Source: Candidatus Woesearchaeota archaeon (GTDB lineage Archaea > Nanobdellota > Nanobdellia > Pacearchaeales > GW2011-AR1). Taken from it: DNA of 40,016 nt. Shown piece by piece: positions 32,055-39,163 of this stretch. Location of the stretch: contig CAZWGF010000002.1 of the NCBI GenBank assembly GCA_964633605.1, forward strand, positions 1 to 40,016. Reading direction: 5' to 3'. The position numbers and the translations under genes were made by a program. The notes under the pieces are model-generated. The model did no database searches. It saw nothing but the letters and a program-made list of their open reading frames with translations, and was not told the DNA's origin. Positions within the stretch are counted from its first letter, which is position 1. Each line of letters opens with the position of its first letter.

Positions 32055-32749
32055 TATTCCCCCTCCCCCAGCCAGAAGCTCAGGTCATCGTCTGCTGCTG
32101 GATCGGCAGCGTCAGGGGCCGGCCCGGGCCCCTCTGGGAGTTCTTCCATGGGATCTGTCAGACCGCCAAGCTTTTCATCTGCGAGGGCGTTCGCTTCAGC
32201 AACGGTCAGCTCTTCCGACGGGCCAGTATTTGTTTCCGCATCCCCAGCAGCAGTAGGTTCCTCCCCCGTCGGAGTGGATGTGTCCGCGTCCGCATCGGGG
32301 GCAGGTGTAGGGTCCGGGTCGAAAGGCAATATCTCCTGCGGATCATCCGTGGGTTCCTCGTCCTCGTCCGGGATAAGTTTCGGTGTCGGGTCCATGCGGC
32401 GCTCTTCTGGAAACATTGGCCGCTGCTGGATAAGCTCTTGCGTCTCTTTGTTGCACAGCTCAGCCGTCAACGTGGAGTAGTTGAGGGTAAGGGTACATTC
32501 AACACTTCGCATCTTCTTGCCGCTCATCAGGCCCTTCTTCAGGTCCTCAAGCACCTCTGTGAGTTTTTTCGCTCTGGCCGTCAGATCGGCTACAACAGCC
32601 TTCTTTTCGGCGTCCAGGTCGTTCTGTTTCTGCAGGCACTGCAATAACTGGTCTTGATCGAACTCTTTTTCTGTGGCATTCATTGGGCACAAAATAATGT
32701 GCGGCTCGTGGGTGACTTTCACTAAATCTTTGTCTTTGTCGTCCTTCAT
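32054..32749 (-). CDS. acidic protein with D/E/P-rich C-terminal half
   Basis: 231 aa. Helical N-half, with the C-terminal ~110 aa dominated by D/E/P/T/A. Ends ...ADDDLSFWLGEGE. Confidence 0.75.
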   Translation of the reverse strand: MKDDKDKDLVKVTHEPHIILCPMNATEKEFDQDQLLQCLQKQNDLDAEKKAVVADLTARAKKLTEVLEDLKKGLMSGKKMRSVECTLTLNYSTLTAELCNKETQELIQQRPMFPEERRMDPTPKLIPDEDEEPTDDPQEILPFDPDPTPAPDADADTSTPTGEEPTAAGDAETNTGPSEELTVAEANALADEKLGGLTDPMEELPEGPGPAPDAADPAADDDLSFWLGEGE

Positions 32750-32771
32750 CGGGGTTTCCTTTCGTTAACAA

Positions 32772-32981
32772 TTATCTTCTCATTAGGATTAGAATGTTAT
32801 CACAGATTTTGTTGTATTCAGACATTGACGTTGCGCCTGAACACACGTTTTGCCATGCCGTCGCCTCCATCGCACTATTCACATCAGTACGTCTACACGC
32901 CCGTTCGGCCTGGTCTCGATGCCTGGCCGTTCTCCTGACTGTCACTTGGTGTGCTGTTTTGTCTACTAGCATTTTACTCAC
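32772..32981 (-). CDS. hypothetical basic protein
   Basis: 69 aa; abuts the upstream gene (stop 32982, start 32981). Confidence 0.55.
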   Translation of the reverse strand: MSKMLVDKTAHQVTVRRTARHRDQAERACRRTDVNSAMEATAWQNVCSGATSMSEYNKICDNILILMRR

Positions 32982-33221
32982 CTATCCGAACAAGGTTTTC
33001 TTATTCGCTTTCTTTCGTTCGCCGTGTTGAATAACGCGGGAAATATGTTCTCCTAGCTGGCCCCAGTTATCGGGGTGATGCTCGGCAAGGTAGTTGGTAC
33101 ACGCCGCACGGAGGGTTTCAATGGCGATGACACGGTCCTCAATGCAGTCGGCCCGCACAGAGTCGCCCATACACCGATGGACCATGTCCTCAAAGTGCTT
33201 GTAGTGCCTATCCTCCAGCAT
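32982..33221 (-). CDS. hypothetical protein
   Basis: 79 aa; 14-nt overlap with the upstream gene. Confidence 0.65.
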   Translation of the reverse strand: MLEDRHYKHFEDMVHRCMGDSVRADCIEDRVIAIETLRAACTNYLAEHHPDNWGQLGEHISRVIQHGERKKANKKTLFG

Positions 33222-33840
33222 CAGTCACCCTCCGGTAACCATAAACCCAGACCCAAGGGTCGGTGTCCCAGCCATAGCCACGGGCCGCGTTGATTGAGTC
33301 CCAAAGCTCGCGGAAACTATCAAAGCACGCCCCCATACACGCGCCTAGGCAGGGTAAGCCCTCGGCCCCTATAGCGCGATGCGTTATGTCCTGTAGCTTC
33401 TCAGGGTGAACGTCCAAAACCCTAACAGTGGGCCTTGACGCCCACCTTGGCATGAAGATCGATGGCCGCTTATGGTAGCGTAGGTCTGTACGGTGCCTGG
33501 GCTTTTCCTGGGGAACGGTTACGGCCTTCTTGCCAACCGCCTTGAACGTCCAGGCCTGCCGTCCGGTCTTTGTTTCCCCGTTCTTGACCCACTTACCCCA
33601 CTGCCAAAACGTCTCACGCACCCACAATATGTCACCTTCGCTGTATCTGGGGACACGGTCAACGCAATTCGGCACTTCGCTGGCGTCCATCTCTGCCATC
33701 CAGTTCCACACCCCGTCAACGCAGGTAGGGTCATACCCTACACCCTCGGGCTGAGGCACGATCACGCGACGCGTCTCCGTCTTCAAGCCATACAAGCTCG
33801 CTTCCACTAGATGACTCTTCATCAACATCGGTTTATCCAT
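33208..33840 (-). CDS. ASCH-like phage protein
   Basis: 210 aa. LYGLKTETRRV, GDILWVRETF, PSIFMPRWASRPTVRVLDVHPEKLQDIT, and WDSINAARGYGWDTDPWVWVY match the widespread phage family with KT.TRR / LWVRE / MPRWASR / NPWVW motifs. Confidence 0.7.
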   Translation of the reverse strand: MDKPMLMKSHLVEASLYGLKTETRRVIVPQPEGVGYDPTCVDGVWNWMAEMDASEVPNCVDRVPRYSEGDILWVRETFWQWGKWVKNGETKTGRQAWTFKAVGKKAVTVPQEKPRHRTDLRYHKRPSIFMPRWASRPTVRVLDVHPEKLQDITHRAIGAEGLPCLGACMGACFDSFRELWDSINAARGYGWDTDPWVWVYGYRRVTDAGG

Positions 33841-34039
33841 CTTTGTTCCCTTTCACGACAGGACGGCGGAAATGTTCAGCCAGTGGGCATTTACCAAAGT
33901 GGCATTCGCCGTCGGCTTGGATGGGCATTAACTTGCCACCCTTGGTTTTAATGAACCATATCTTGCAGGAACAGCCCTTGCACGACGCTGGTTCAGTAAT
34001 CCAGTTCAATAGACGTTCGATTCTTTCTTCTGGTGTCAT
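33833..34039 (-). CDS. small Cys/His zinc-binding protein
   Basis: ORF track gives 33833..34078. ATG 34039 has a GGAGG RBS and an ATGA overlap with the upstream stop. CKGCSC...ECHFGKCP. Confidence 0.65.
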   Translation of the reverse strand: MTPEERIERLLNWITEPASCKGCSCKIWFIKTKGGKLMPIQADGECHFGKCPLAEHFRRPVVKGNKDG

Positions 34040-34347
34040 TTCGATGCCTCCTGGCAAAGCACTGCCACTATGATCCATTGCTTGGGATCCGATAATCGCA
34101 TGCTGCAGTCTGATTCGTTACCAGTCACAGCCGACAGCCACCAATCCCAATCACAGGACTTTTCCCCATTAATGTCAGCGGCCACTAGGGCGTCACGCAT
34201 CTCGAACGCCACGTCGGCCAGGGAGCCGGGGATATCTACGTACTGGCCATACATGAGAAAGTGTGTACAGCCACCCATCAGCCCCCAGTACGCTGCGATC
34301 ACCCGCTCATGCTTCAAGAGATCCTTGCACTCAAGTAGCTCTTTCAT
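34036..34347 (-). CDS. hypothetical protein
   Basis: ORF track gives 34036..34404. ATG 34347 is preceded by TTATTGAAAGGGACATT (shared leader motif). Confidence 0.65.
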   Translation of the reverse strand: MKELLECKDLLKHERVIAAYWGLMGGCTHFLMYGQYVDIPGSLADVAFEMRDALVAADINGEKSCDWDWWLSAVTGNESDCSMRLSDPKQWIIVAVLCQEASK

Positions 34348-34366
34348 AATGTCCCTTTCAATAAAC

Positions 34367-35041
34367 TCACTTCGGCTGTATCTCCAATAGACCATACTTG
34401 TCACTCTCTGCCCGAATACGTTTCTCGGCCAACTTTATGTACTCTGGATTTAGTTCGCATCCCACATAATCTCGGTTGTTCTGGTAGGCCACCATGGCGG
34501 TTACTGCTGTTCCCATGAACGGTTCAAGGGTTATCCCCGGCCTAAAGCCTGCGTTGCATTTGCAGCGGGTCCAGCCGGTGGTTTCTGCTGGTGCAGCGTC
34601 CAGGTGTGGCTGTGTTCCATTGGGAAGTCTTGTTTGGCCACTGTTGGGCCTACTTGGGACAATGCCCTTCTCTACGGCATGTTCGTTCATCTGCCGCCAA
34701 GACTCGTCTTTGACTTTCTCGTATGTCGATTGCCCTGTTTTCTCGATTATCCTGCTCCTGGGTTCCCCGCACTCCACGCATACCTCTTTGGGGCACCCGG
34801 CCAGGATGCAGGGCAGGATCAGGGCAGGAGGAAAAGTGGCGAAGTGGCTTGACTCCTTGGTGTTTATGTTGTATAATGCACATTTACAATCTTCTTCTGG
34901 AAAGGATTTGTATGAAGACTTGTCAACAATGCGAAAAATCATTTGACCCAAGAAACGAACGTCCATCACATCCGGCCAAGTATTGCTCTCGAACATGCTC
35001 GCACATGGCCCAGACAACCCGTGTGAAATTAACCTGTTCAC
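34367..35041 (-). CDS. degenerate N6/N4 DNA methyltransferase-like protein lacking the catalytic (D/N/S)PPY half
   Basis: GTG 35041 overlaps the helicase TGA (GTGA). HFATFPPALILPCILAG, a Cys4 insert (CVECG...CKC), EPFMGTAVTAMVA and GCELNPEYIKLAEKRI match the C-terminal part of beta-class MTases. No DPPY-type motif occurs anywhere in the ORF. Confidence 0.6.
   Translation of the reverse strand: MNRLISHGLSGPCASMFESNTWPDVMDVRFLGQMIFRIVDKSSYKSFPEEDCKCALYNINTKESSHFATFPPALILPCILAGCPKEVCVECGEPRSRIIEKTGQSTYEKVKDESWRQMNEHAVEKGIVPSRPNSGQTRLPNGTQPHLDAAPAETTGWTRCKCNAGFRPGITLEPFMGTAVTAMVAYQNNRDYVGCELNPEYIKLAEKRIRAESDKYGLLEIQPK
34849..34877 (+). promoter_or_regulatory. near-consensus sigma70-type promoter pointing rightward
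   Basis: TTGACT (34849-54), a 17-nt spacer, then TATAAT (34872-77). Followed by GGAAAGGA and ATG 34912. Confidence 0.5.
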
Positions 35042-35322
35042 AATATCGCCCCTACCTCTTTCCAACGAAGCTCACTCTTGATCCAGTTGAACCCGATCCC
35101 CAGACGCGCACCAGGGCCGTTAGAAACCTTCAAAACATGCCACACAGCATTAAGCTCGGCAGTATCAGACATCAAACAACCGCTAAACTGCACCCTAAAC
35201 TCTTTAACCTTCTTCAACTGCTCAATCCAGATCACGCACTGCGAAAACTTGCCATACGCACGGCCACCAGCAATATCATCAATGTCAACGGCACCCCGAG
35301 CCACCTTACCCCGAGGATGTGA
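34912..35322 (+). CDS. candidate Zn-ribbon ORF antisense to the MTase-like and helicase genes
   Basis: Reads MKTCQQCEKSFDPRNERPSHPAKYCSRTCSHMAQ... (CxxC-x17-CxxxC with a YCS..C motif). Has its own promoter and RBS. The first in-frame stop is only at 35322, so the last 285 nt are antisense to the genuine helicase C-terminus. The real extent is unclear. Confidence 0.3.
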   Translation: MKTCQQCEKSFDPRNERPSHPAKYCSRTCSHMAQTTRVKLTCSQYRPYLFPTKLTLDPVEPDPQTRTRAVRNLQNMPHSIKLGSIRHQTTAKLHPKLFNLLQLLNPDHALRKLAIRTATSNIINVNGTPSHLTPRM

Positions 35323-36942
35323 CACGAACAGAATAGAGCAGTTGTACTTCGAGGCAATACGCTTGACACCCATCACCAAGTCACGGTCCAATTCAAACAC
35401 CTTGCCCCCCTTTGTGTCCAAAGCCGTTACAGGATCGACACAGATCACACGGCGACCAGAACGAGCTTGAGCCCCTATCCACGCCAAAAGATCACTATGC
35501 GTCATGTCAGACTGCTCGTACCCGATCACCATGCGACGCCCGATACCCTCCAAAATTGAAGCATCCTCAACAGCAAACGAACGGGCCAAAGCATTGTTCT
35601 CAGCGTCCTCCAACCACCGAGGATTGAACAAATTAGAGTCCCGACGGATCATGGCTGACAATCGAGACAAATGCCAGTACCGCTCGTGCTCCAGCCATAA
35701 ACACACATAATCTACACCAAGTTCCTCCCAGTGCATCATACACTGCAACAACGCAAAAGACTTGCCCTCACCAGGCTTGGCACCAATGATCGTCAACGTA
35801 CCAGGACACAACGGCAAGCACGTTTCATTCAAAGAACTAAACGGAACGTCAATAGCACGCATCGAACCAGAAATAATACGGTCCAAATAGCCCAATCGAA
35901 CCGCTAAATCGCCCAACCGTATGGCCTCAGACTTCACCTTAGCCAACAACATCGGCCAAGACCGGGGGTCACTATCTCCCAAATAATCGCCAACGTCCCA
36001 CTTCGGACCCGATGCACCCGCAACAACAGGATCTACACGAAACAAAGTGCAACCCAATCCCTCCAAATGACGACCCACAGCGTCCATGTGCGATGAACCA
36101 ACGTCATCATTGTCCGGCCATAAATATACCACCTTCCCAGACAACAAAGACCAGTCCGTCTTCCGCCCTTGCCAACTGTATTCGCCCGATTCAGATAAAA
36201 CACCAGCGCCACCAGCAGATGTAGTACCACATAAACCGGCAGCTATCAGTAAATTCGCACACTTCTCGCCCTCAACTACCCATACCTCGTCACTACCTCG
36301 AACGACTGACTCATTGTATACAGGAAATGGACCCGAAGGTGCACCCAAACACCAACCTCCAATAACTTCGCCGTTGGTGCCCTTAAGCTCACCAAACTTG
36401 CACTGTAAATAACGCTTGCCAATCTTGCCTGAAGAATCGTCACAACGAATTATCCCCAAATATGGAGCATTCCCCCTATTATAGATGTAGAAACTTCGGA
36501 AATTTTTAATTCTACGCTTTAGCTGGGCCAAGGGTATGTATGATGGGGTAGTCGGCCCGGTGGCTGGACGCACCCCCCCGCCCCCGCCCCCCCCCTCTCT
36601 GGTCCGCGCGATCGTGTCGCCGCTGTCCGGGCCGGCAGGTGTAGCTGCGACCGAGCCTGGCTGGCCGGCACTACGGTACAGCTCCTGCACGGTGCAGCCC
36701 CTGGCCCGAGCAAGTAGGTCCACCACATCACCCGACACGCCGCACTTGGCTCGGAAGCAGTAGGACCGCCAATGCCCAGTGCCCGACGCCTGGATCCACG
36801 CCGAGCGGTCATGGTCCGGGCAGTACGGGCAGTCAAACCCGTCACCAGCCCAGCGCAGGTCCTTATCCGTGGCATCATTGAGGACACGCACCAAAGCCGA
36901 GCGGTCCGTGGTTGATGGTAATGTATCGGATGTCACGGCCAT
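35038..36942 (-). CDS. bifunctional primase-helicase (Zn finger + Toprim + DnaB-like)
   Basis: ORF track gives 35038..37005. ATG 36942 has a GAGGGTG RBS. Motifs: CPYCPDH...FRAKCG zinc finger, Gly7 linker, Toprim VWVVEGEKCANLL and LWPDNDDVG, Walker A GAKPGEGKSF, Walker B RVICVDPV, DnaB-like LKVSNGPGARLGIGFNW. Confidence 0.9.
   Translation of the reverse strand: MAVTSDTLPSTTDRSALVRVLNDATDKDLRWAGDGFDCPYCPDHDRSAWIQASGTGHWRSYCFRAKCGVSGDVVDLLARARGCTVQELYRSAGQPGSVAATPAGPDSGDTIARTREGGGGGGGVRPATGPTTPSYIPLAQLKRRIKNFRSFYIYNRGNAPYLGIIRCDDSSGKIGKRYLQCKFGELKGTNGEVIGGWCLGAPSGPFPVYNESVVRGSDEVWVVEGEKCANLLIAAGLCGTTSAGGAGVLSESGEYSWQGRKTDWSLLSGKVVYLWPDNDDVGSSHMDAVGRHLEGLGCTLFRVDPVVAGASGPKWDVGDYLGDSDPRSWPMLLAKVKSEAIRLGDLAVRLGYLDRIISGSMRAIDVPFSSLNETCLPLCPGTLTIIGAKPGEGKSFALLQCMMHWEELGVDYVCLWLEHERYWHLSRLSAMIRRDSNLFNPRWLEDAENNALARSFAVEDASILEGIGRRMVIGYEQSDMTHSDLLAWIGAQARSGRRVICVDPVTALDTKGGKVFELDRDLVMGVKRIASKYNCSILFVSHPRGKVARGAVDIDDIAGGRAYGKFSQCVIWIEQLKKVKEFRVQFSGCLMSDTAELNAVWHVLKVSNGPGARLGIGFNWIKSELRWKEVGAIL
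36553..36582. repeat. 30-nt exact inverted-repeat copy B (partner 19655-19684)
   Basis: + strand reads CGGCCCGGTGGCTGGACGCACCCCCCCGCC. Lies inside the primase ORF (coding strand encodes GGVRPATGP). Confidence 0.9.
36573..36595 (-). repeat. G9-C-G5-C-G7 tract on the coding strand (Gly7 linker)
   Basis: + strand is C7 G C5 G C9, counted from the sequence and consistent with the seven-Pro run in shadow ORF 36536..36763. Confidence 0.9.
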
Positions 36943-37880
36943 ACACCCTCGACAGCAGCCTCGGCCAGCAGTGCGAGCACATCGACGGCCGGGTAGGCCT
37001 TGCATCGAGCTGCCCAGTCCACGTCTTCGTCGTGGTAGTCAGGATCCACGTCCTTGCCGGGCAGCAGGCCCCACAGTTTCAGAGCCGCCAGCATCCGCTT
37101 GCACTCTCTGGGCGTGAAGTACTGGAGGTGTGTACGCAGGAAGCGGGCGATGATTGGATGAACGTCCTTCACGGTGATCGGGTCATCTGGCGGGAACCGG
37201 CGGTAGGCTATCAGGTCGACCATTATGTCAGACGCAGTGTACTCTGACGACTCGCTTGGTCGTTCACATCCAGGTAGGTGGCTCGTATCCCCCCAATCGT
37301 CTGAATCATGGGTTTTCTGGTCTCTGTCTCCTTCTTTATTCTCTTTCTCCCTCTCTAATCTCGATTCACCCGGAGAATCCTTGTTTTCCTGGTTCCCCGA
37401 GTTCTTCCCCTTTTGTGTATTCTTCCTATCGTATGATAAGTTAGGTTGCTTTGGGTGTAGAGGCCACTTTGGGGTCGACACTTTGCCGTATGCCTTGCAC
37501 ACGAAGTGTTGGCAGTACCTGAGCATGACCAAGGGGTTATTATTGATATCAACGGCGTGTTCTGTGGGCACATACCGCTCGATCATGCCAGCCTCTTCGA
37601 GTTCATCGTTCAGTCTTTGCACGTCCCCAGGCTCTACTTTAGTGTGTGCGGCCGGGTTGATTCTGATGTAGAGCTGTAGGTATATCTCCGTGCAATCAGC
37701 CGTGTAGTTGCCCCACTTATCCAGTAGTGTCAGGAGCCGGAAGTAGTGGGCTTGGGCCAGTGGTGATACTCCCGCCAGTGCGTGCGACAGCAGGATCGGC
37801 CGGTGCAGTGGCACGAAGTCCGCCGTGTATTGGGGCATGTATCTCTGGTCCTGGTTGGGTTGTGGCTCTATCGTTGGCAT
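36933..37880 (-). CDS. replisome-organizer / DnaD-like winged-helix protein (tentative)
   Basis: ORF track gives 36933..38054. ATG 37880 has AGGAG 8 nt upstream. FVPLHRPILLSHALAGVSPLAQAHYFRLLTLLDKWGNY resembles the N-terminal domains of phage replication organizers. Central K/E/N-rich linker. Confidence 0.6.
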   Translation of the reverse strand: MPTIEPQPNQDQRYMPQYTADFVPLHRPILLSHALAGVSPLAQAHYFRLLTLLDKWGNYTADCTEIYLQLYIRINPAAHTKVEPGDVQRLNDELEEAGMIERYVPTEHAVDINNNPLVMLRYCQHFVCKAYGKVSTPKWPLHPKQPNLSYDRKNTQKGKNSGNQENKDSPGESRLEREKENKEGDRDQKTHDSDDWGDTSHLPGCERPSESSEYTASDIMVDLIAYRRFPPDDPITVKDVHPIIARFLRTHLQYFTPRECKRMLAALKLWGLLPGKDVDPDYHDEDVDWAARCKAYPAVDVLALLAEAAVEGVWP

Positions 37881-38301
37881 TGGTGGGCTCCTGTTTGGTG
37901 GGCTGTAATCGTTTGGGTATTGGTGGCAGGCCGGTGGGTAATTGTGTGATCTTGCGTCGTGATTGGTGCTTGAAGGGTGCTTGGTCCCAGGTCTGCGTGG
38001 CCGATGAGTAATAGATCGCTGGTTGGCCGGGCCTATCGACCATGAACCCGGCAAACCCTACTTGGTTGGTCTCCGTGAATAGCTGGTATGCGCTGGCGTT
38101 GGGGTGTGCGATGTGGAACGGTTTGGAATTGTATCCTGGCTTGTGGTACGCCATTGGTCGCCCCTTATATGATATGCCCGGGCCGGCGTGCTTAACAGCG
38201 CAACCTGAGAGGCAGGGGCCGGCCCAGGCGTTGTGAGTTGCATTGTAATAGGCTGCGCTATAATCATGACCGACACAATTACCGCATCTGTGTTGTGACA
38301 A
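37717..38301 (-). CDS. Cys-rich hypothetical protein, first gene of the leftward train
   Basis: TTG 38301 has no SD. The alternative ATG 38154 has an AAGGGG RBS. The N-terminal CGNC-x21-CLSGC looks like a zinc ribbon. The last ~55 codons overlap the next gene and look like out-of-frame read-on. Confidence 0.5.
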   Translation of the reverse strand: MSQHRCGNCVGHDYSAAYYNATHNAWAGPCLSGCAVKHAGPGISYKGRPMAYHKPGYNSKPFHIAHPNASAYQLFTETNQVGFAGFMVDRPGQPAIYYSSATQTWDQAPFKHQSRRKITQLPTGLPPIPKRLQPTKQEPTNANDRATTQPGPEIHAPIHGGLRATAPADPAVARTGGSITTGPSPLLPAPDTTG

Positions 38302-38466
38302 TCAAGAAGAATCTCAAGTTTATTTCAGGGGGATAAGTCCTTGGGGTGCCTGGTGTTTACAATCATGGATGTCGTGTTTAGGAATATAAACCTGGACATT
38401 TCGGGGCCATGTGTCGTAGTATTTAGAGTATGGGGGCAACCGTTAATCTATTGAAAGGGATTTGTT
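38302..38466. promoter_or_regulatory. divergent intergenic control region
   Basis: Strand switch between the leftward train and the rightward genes. The best + strand promoter-like match is TGGACA (38393-98), an 18-nt spacer, then TAGTAT (38417-22). No convincing leftward hexamers found. Confidence 0.4.
38447..38460 (+). promoter_or_regulatory. conserved leader TCTATTGAAAGGGA (copy 1)
   Basis: Identical 14-mer at 39144-39157. Both copies end 6 nt before an ATG. Confidence 0.5.
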
Positions 38467-38700
38467 ATGGCCTTGTATTGTGACTACTGCGAACATAGTG
38501 GCGCCGTCCAGTGCGATGCGTGCGGGATGACGTATTGCCGGAAGTGCGATCCGCAAGCCGAGAAGTTCACTGGGTGCAACTGTCCAAATGAAGAATGTCC
38601 ACTCCATCCGATCACTGATCCGGATGTGGTCGAGGTGTTGACCGAGTGGGCCACGGACCAGGTCGTAGATATGCTGCCAGTGAAGGGGGTGAGGCTATGA
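38467..38700 (+). CDS. B-box-like multi-Cys zinc-finger protein
   Basis: 77 aa; CDYC...CDAC...YCRKC...CNC...C. Confidence 0.7.
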   Translation: MALYCDYCEHSGAVQCDACGMTYCRKCDPQAEKFTGCNCPNEECPLHPITDPDVVEVLTEWATDQVVDMLPVKGVRL

Positions 38701-38915
38701 GCCGCGAGAAAGAGTTGTTGGCGATCCATGACAAGTTTGTTTGCTCACTGCCTAGCCAAGCCGTTGACCTGATCGGCGACTATGGGACGTATGACTTTTG
38801 GGCAGACTACAAAGCGTTCCTCTGTTTACACTATGACACCGTAGAACCGCGTTGGGAAGCGTTCACCCGCGCGGCAATCCTCTTTTCACGTATCCCTGGA
38901 AGGTCGAAATCATAA
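38697..38915 (+). CDS. hypothetical protein
   Basis: ORF track gives 38646..38915. ATG 38697 forms ATGA with the upstream stop and has a GGGGGTGAGG RBS. Confidence 0.65.
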   Translation: MSREKELLAIHDKFVCSLPSQAVDLIGDYGTYDFWADYKAFLCLHYDTVEPRWEAFTRAAILFSRIPGRSKS

Positions 38916-39091
38916 AGGTAGAAATCAGCAAAACCGAAATCAAGATTACTGTCCCCATCGCTCCCCGTCCGTCCAAGTCGGGCAAAACCACGCTACTGGC
39001 ATCGATCGCCGGAACGGAGTCTAAGGTACCTGGGCTGGTGTATGACGGCAAACAGGTCACGGTCGGCCTGAATGTCTACGTCCCCAAATAG
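38852..39091 (+). CDS. hypothetical beta-rich small protein (start unresolved)
   Basis: The only canonical start is TTG 38852, which lacks an SD and gives a 64-nt overlap. The convincing part begins about 38915 (KVEISKTEIKITVPIAPRPSKSGKTTLLASI...). Confidence 0.5.
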   Translation: MGSVHPRGNPLFTYPWKVEIIKVEISKTEIKITVPIAPRPSKSGKTTLLASIAGTESKVPGLVYDGKQVTVGLNVYVPK

Positions 39092-39143
39092 CCGACACCG
39101 GGCAGCGCTGGGGGGCCTGCCCGAGGTCAGTTATTTGGAAACG

Positions 39144-39157
39144 TCTATTGAAAGGGA
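39144..39157 (+). promoter_or_regulatory. conserved leader TCTATTGAAAGGGA (copy 2)
   Basis: See 38447-38460. Confidence 0.5.
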
Positions 39158-39163
39158 CTGATT

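Noticed and set aside
35412-36412. + strand Pro/Thr/Gln/His-rich ORFs inside the helicase gene
   Set aside because: They are a consequence of the G-poor + strand. The minus frame carries Walker A/B, Toprim and DnaB motifs.
36519-36887. Alternative-frame ORFs in the GC-rich island (36519..36887 minus, 36536..36763 plus)
   Set aside because: High GC suppresses stop codons in all frames. The primase frame has the CxxC Zn finger and is continuous with Toprim.
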